Shown: one piece after another, positions 62,411-64,000 of the stretch
How positions within the stretch are numbered: the stretch's first letter is position 1
How the letters are laid out: each line of letters opens with the position of its first letter
Assembly: GCA_963727895.1 (NCBI GenBank)
Contig: CAVSHT010000005.1
Coordinates: forward strand, 256,001 to 320,000
Reading direction: 5' to 3'
Length of the DNA: 64,000 nt
DNA from: an uncultured Methanosarcinaceae archaeon
GTDB taxonomy: Archaea > Halobacteriota > Methanosarcinia > Methanosarcinales > Methanosarcinaceae
The notes under the pieces: model-generated
Seen by the model: only the letters and a program-made list of their open reading frames with translations
What the model was told of the DNA's origin: nothing
The model's database searches: none
Made by a program: the position numbers and the translations under genes

Positions 62411-64000
62411 GTGAGTTTTTTGGAATATTCTTCTCTCGATTTTCAGATTGCCCGATCCCCCGAAACTCCTTCCTATATCTATCGTGCCTCACTTCTGAAG
62501 GACGCAAATATCGAAGCCAGCAATGATTTCGAACTCAGAAACGATGATCTGAAACTCTTTCAAATGCTCAAAAGTATAGAGGAAAAAGTTACTGAAATTC
62601 CTGAAAAGCCAGAGAGTCAAAAGGAAAAAGCAAAGACACTGGAAGAGAAGGATATAGAAGAACCACACATAGAATTTGGGAAAATGCTTTACAGCAGAGT
62701 ATTTTCTGGTCAAGTCGGTGAATATTTCAACAAATCCTTAAATGAAATTCAAGAAGATGGCGGTGGACTCCGGATTTCACTCAGGTTTGGTGACGACGTT
62801 CCAGAAATCGCAGCGCTGCCCTGGGAATATCTTCACGATGATGAAGATTTTCTTATTCGAAGAAGAAACATCCTGATTTCAAGACTGCCGGCAGGCGTGA
62901 AGAAGAAAAAGCTTGAACCTCTTGACTCTGTACTCAGAATGCTGGTAATAATTTCCGGTCCAGATGACCCAAGAATTTCACCTTTGAACACGGAAAAAGA
63001 ACAGGAAATTATTCTTGAAGCTGTGGACAAACTTCAAAGAGACCCGAAAATAAAAGTGGACTTTACCGAGGATGCAACCTTTGAAAACGTCGAGGGCTAC
63101 CTTAACGAACAAGACTACCATATTATTCATTTTACAGGTCACGGGATCAGTATAAATGGTAAAGGTCATCTTGTTTTTGAAAACGAAGACCAGAAAGCAA
63201 GGCTTATTGATAACAAAACCTTTTCTGACCTTTTTTCCTAAAGAGGTGTCAGGCTAGTTGTTCTCAGTTCCTGCGAATCAGCCAAAGGTTCTAATAAAGA
63301 AGCTTTTGGTGATTTGGCCAGTATGCTTTCCAAGAGAGGGATTCCTGCTGTAGTAGCAATGCAATATTCGGTAATTGATGATGTTGCCACAAAGTTTGCG
63401 TACAATTTTTACAGAGCAATTGCAAGTGGGAAACCTGTTGATATTGCTTTAAATGAAGCCAGAATCGTAATGAAAAATTTGGAAAACGGCAATGGGCTTG
63501 ACTTTGCAACTCCTGTACTTTATCTTTCAGATTATAACTGTGTTAATATAGGAAATTTAAAACCGGAACCTTCTGAATTTGTTTTCAAACCCATGATGAT
63601 GCCGGATTTGCAGGTAATGGAGAAAGGATTTATTGCCAGAAGAAAAGAATTGAGGCTTCTTGAAAAAGGCTTCAAGTCCGACGTAAAACGCGCTGCAATC
63701 ATTCACGGTTTTGGAGGAATTGGAAAAACCGTACTTGCAACTCGATTTGCGTTGAAAATGGGCTATTACTTCGAAGGCACTCTAGGGATAAAATTTACTT
63801 CCACCACCAGACCGGAAGATGTCCTGAACAAATTCAACAGTTTTTTGCTGATGAAAGGAAGGCATGAACTGAACCAGATCCTAATCCAACAGGTTCCCCT
63901 TGAAGTTAAAACTACTTTACTGGTAGCAATCTTGAATCAAATAAGACTCCTGGTCATTTTCGATAACTTTGAAGATTGCCTGAACGAAGACAGGAACAAC
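62411..64000 (+). pseudogene. Second CHAT + STAND NTPase paralog, in-frame TAA at 63239-63241, runs off window
   Basis: LPWEYL, HFTGHG, then after the stop LSSCES, GFGGIGKT, LVIFDNFE; close paralog of 42713. Confidence 0.9.

Overview
AT-rich archaeal DNA, by gene content very probably a Methanosarcina (type II GAPDH, beta-helix/PKD surface proteins, DUF1724-type regulator). The region is decaying: nine IS1-family copies with mosaic ends, a broken IS110 element that retains a strongly foldable ~190-nt non-coding end (bridge/seek-RNA candidate), an IS1182 remnant, about five MITE families (several nested) and more than ten pseudogenes (gap, dinB, PPDK-like, Mth938-like, APH-like kinase, DUF72, modA, DUF1330, an APC permease, a beta-helix protein, two CHAT-STAND genes). 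Intact genes include a possible polyphosphate/Ca2+ neighbourhood (PPK2, CYTH-HD-CHAD, P-type ATPase, Ca2+/H+ exchanger), malic enzyme, JAMM protease, ornithine decarboxylase, FprA, a flippase, modB and an Fe-S aldo/keto reductase. The most striking signal is that an IS1182 element and its MITE sit three times, in the same orientation, exactly in the TTTA loop of an IS200/IS605-like end hairpin. Other signals: two caspase-like NLR-type genes, a 70-bp inverted templated insertion, many fresh 15-30 bp tandem amplifications, in-frame amber codons, an unannotated desulforedoxin-like mini-protein and a ~600-nt compositionally odd leader before the flippase. No rRNA, tRNA or CRISPR array was seen. 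All family assignments are from motif recognition by eye, not database searches.
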